64,000 nt of DNA, from positions 321,354 through 385,353 of the IMG/VR virus record IMGVR_UViG_3300021400_000141; one strand, given 5' to 3'. A program made the position numbers and the translations under genes. The notes beneath the pieces were generated by a model. It was not told the origin of the DNA. It worked only from the letters and a program-made list of their open reading frames with translations, and ran no database searches. This document shows positions 63,405 through 64,000 of this stretch, piece after piece (within the stretch, counting starts at the first letter, position 1; each line of letters begins with the position of its first letter). The stretch is from a virus. Taxonomy: Duplodnaviria > Heunggongvirae > Uroviricota > Caudoviricetes.

Positions 63405-63588
63405 CCCCTACATAGGAACCCGCCTTACAGTCGAACATCCCCCAGTGGTCCTCCTGACGTATCAGCTTGATATGAGTATCGGGAAGACTCACTATCCTAC
63501 CCGTGCTTGAAACACTTATCTTCCCCTCGTCGAATTCAACCCCCAGGGTCTTCAAACACTCGATTACACTCTGCTTCAAATCTACCAT
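63361..63588 (-). CDS. hypothetical protein
   Basis: 75 aa; downstream of the minus-strand promoter at 63624-63652; RBS aacggaggtttcc. Confidence 0.45.
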   Translation of the reverse strand: MVDLKQSVIECLKTLGVEFDEGKISVSSTGRIVSLPDTHIKLIRQEDHWGMFDCKAGSYVGGGDGIDECLEALYG

Positions 63589-63623
63589 TGGAAACCTCCG
63601 TTGTTTTAACTAGGTATATTACC

Positions 63624-63652
63624 AATATAACAAATCTCCCCCAGTCTGTCAA
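63624..63652 (-). promoter_or_regulatory. sigma70-type promoter (TTGACA, 17 nt, TATATT), minus strand
   Basis: minus strand reads ccctaTTGACAgactgggggagatttgtTATATTggt. Confidence 0.5.
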
Positions 63653-63692
63653 TAGGGTAATATAAGAAAATTAAAAATTATTTTCCATCCCT

Positions 63693-63716
63693 GGGGGGCA
63701 GCGAAGCTGCCCCCCA
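63693..63716. other. perfect 10-bp GC-rich hairpin with a GAA loop
   Basis: ggggggcagc-gaa-gctgcccccc; sits in a non-coding A-tract-rich region. Confidence 0.6.
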
Positions 63717-64000
63717 TGTTTTCACAAAAAATCAAAAATTATTTTGAACACCAGAAAAATCAAAAAAATTTTTTACCCGTGGTGAAAACCCCCTGTTTTG
63801 AAATTGGCCAAAAAACGCTAATTTCGCCATAGGTTATTACCCAAGACGATACGTTCTTCGGACGTATGAGCGGCGCGGCGCTGTTATAAAATGAATTGTT
63901 TTGAAACTGATTTAATTATGTATATATTTACACAGGGCTGTTAAAGAAGGGATAAGACCTAACCCTCGTGTGTCTCAACAGGTTATCAACAGGTTTTCTA

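Noticed and set aside
1-64000. Interpretation of the window as ordinary bacterial chromosome because it carries clpX, glf, nadR/pnuC and lemA
   Set aside because: Gene density, the many tiny ORFs, the uniform consensus promoters, strand-block organisation, tRNAs, RtcB, an orphan methyltransferase and a Cas1-less CRISPR-Cas all argue for a large phage or phage-like mobile element that has captured host-like genes. Virion genes are not in this window, so this is still an inference.

Overview
This window looks like a gene-dense segment of a large lytic-phage-like genome, probably with an enterobacterial or gamma-proteobacterial host. It holds about 150 tightly packed ORFs with Shine-Dalgarno sites, and most are short and unrecognisable. 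A plus-strand block runs 755-30352, a minus-strand block 30353-37237, a second plus-strand block 37340-62919, and two minus-strand genes follow. Over 20 near-consensus sigma70-type promoters (TTGACA, then 16-18 nt, then TATATT) are visible. Several in the right half carry a hairpin around the -35 and a conserved TTTAATTATCTATATT core. Two tRNAs are present. The headline feature is a compact type I CRISPR-Cas locus with no adaptation genes at 14598-19925. It comprises an HD-helicase Cas3, two mid-sized putative Cascade subunits, a 184-aa Cas6 with a C-terminal G-rich loop, and an 8-repeat array. The repeats are type I-F-like hairpins whose loop sequence varies between copies. The array starts at the cas6 stop codon with no leader. 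Two of its spacers are homologous to each other with codon-wobble differences. Immediately upstream of the cas genes sit three of four paralogous proteins that share a conserved N-terminus, MKTIRxxVFETNSSSxH. This may be a capsid-targeting or processing tag. Among these lies a TPM-LemA pair. Recognisable accessory functions are listed below.
- QueC plus a QueE-like radical SAM, part of a 7-deazaguanine pathway.
- Glf, UDP-galactopyranose mutase.
- PnuC plus NadR, an NAD salvage pair and a candidate counter-defence route against NAD depletion.
- A tRNA with Leu-type anticodon UAA, RtcB RNA ligase, and a PTH2-type peptidyl-tRNA hydrolase.
- ClpX, convergent on the CRISPR array.
- A calcineurin-like phosphoesterase and a SpoT-type HD alarmone-hydrolase-like protein.
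- A beta-class DNA methyltransferase, an SPFH/band-7 protein and a NUMOD3-repeat protein.

There is also a candidate ~300-nt ncRNA with its own promoter and terminator at 51600-51900, a (GAA)11 microsatellite, and an A-tract plus GC-hairpin region at the window end. No virion structural or packaging genes were recognised here.
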